64,000 nt of DNA, from assembly GCF_006345805.1 (NCBI RefSeq), contig NC_043005.1:25916001-25980000 (forward strand), read 5' to 3'. The translations under genes were made by a program, and so were the position numbers. Each line of letters begins with the position of its first letter. The stretch's first letter is position 1. The DNA is from Octopus sinensis (Eukaryota). Positions 63,334 through 64,000 of this stretch are shown here, one piece after another. The notes below the pieces were generated by a model. That model had not been told where the DNA came from. It was given only the letters and a program-made list of their open reading frames with translations, and ran no database searches.

Positions 63334-63476
63334 CTTTATTTTAAGCAGCAGAAAATTCAACAAAATCTGTTACTCTGAGTTTCTCGTTGCCGTTCATCAG
63401 ACAAACTGTCTGATGAACGGCAACGAGAAACTCAGAGTAACAGATTTTGTTGAATTTTCTGCTGCTTAAAATAAAG
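63334..63476. ncRNA. Perfect 70-bp inverted repeat (loop aac) carrying a hammerhead motif on each strand
   Basis: Arms checked base by base; plus 63406-63443 CUGU-CUGAUGA-A-CG-GCAA-CG-A-GAAA-CU-CAG-AG-UA|ACAG; mirror on minus. Confidence 0.75.
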
Positions 63477-63545
63477 CATATTACTCTACCACTGGTATTT
63501 GAGTACTCTTTTTTCCACCTTGTTTCACATTTATGTGTTTACTCC

Positions 63546-63635
<90 letters not shown>

Positions 63636-63638
63636 TAA

Positions 63639-64000
63639 GGGAGTGCTGTGGTCCTTATGGACACGGAATTTTATAAACACCTAGTTTTTTCCATGCTTAA
63701 CAATAACATTTTCTATGAGGTTATTAACAACTACAAACAGCAAAAAACAATCAGAAACCTCACCACACTCATACGCCAACACGGTCAGGGACTCACAGAA
63801 AAAGAAAGGGATTATATCACCATTTTCAAATGCAAGTCCAGCCTTTTTTATGGCCTTCCTAAAATCCATAAAAACAAATACATCACCGAAGCCTGCAAAC
63901 TCTCCACTGACATCCACATCAACATCAAAGCACCGGAGGACCTAAAACTAAGGCCCATCGTGGCTGGTACCTCCTGTGAAACACACCGCCTGAGTAACTT
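63639..64000 (+). CDS. Penelope-like element reverse transcriptase, N-terminal part; open frame runs off the window
   Basis: GSAVVLMDTEFY...FYGLPKIHK...LRPIVAG; no stop from 63639 to 64000; 5' end abuts (TA)n. Confidence 0.85.

Overview
Repeat-dominated, AT-rich eukaryotic genomic DNA with no recognisable host-gene exon. The SINE families and microsatellite load resemble those of Octopus (inference). There is one 100-N gap at 9126-9225. Most long ORFs in the track are microsatellite artefacts. Supported content: (1) R4/Dong-like non-LTR retrotransposons with RT and restriction-like endonuclease (RLE), from several families, stacked in one orientation inside (TAA)n repeats (15.0-17.9 kb, 36.4-43.0 kb), including a 5'-truncated copy with an open ORF of about 900 codons, plus a different RLE family embedded in (TACA)n; (2) a degenerate Tc1 with ~220-bp TIRs nested in a SINE, a mariner foldback derivative in two copies, other mariner/pogo relics and MITEs; (3) two non-autonomous Helitrons; (4) many tRNA-derived SINEs; (5) Penelope-like (PLE) material: an RT ORF running off the right edge and terminal-repeat-like segments carrying type I hammerhead ribozyme motifs. 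One motif is fully canonical (30775-30850, minus). Several others share an unusual extra A before the GAAA box, and several lie in foldback/palindromic arrangements that put the motif on both strands. The hammerhead-plus-foldback pattern is the most interesting signal. All structures were read by eye; no folding, alignment or database search was run.
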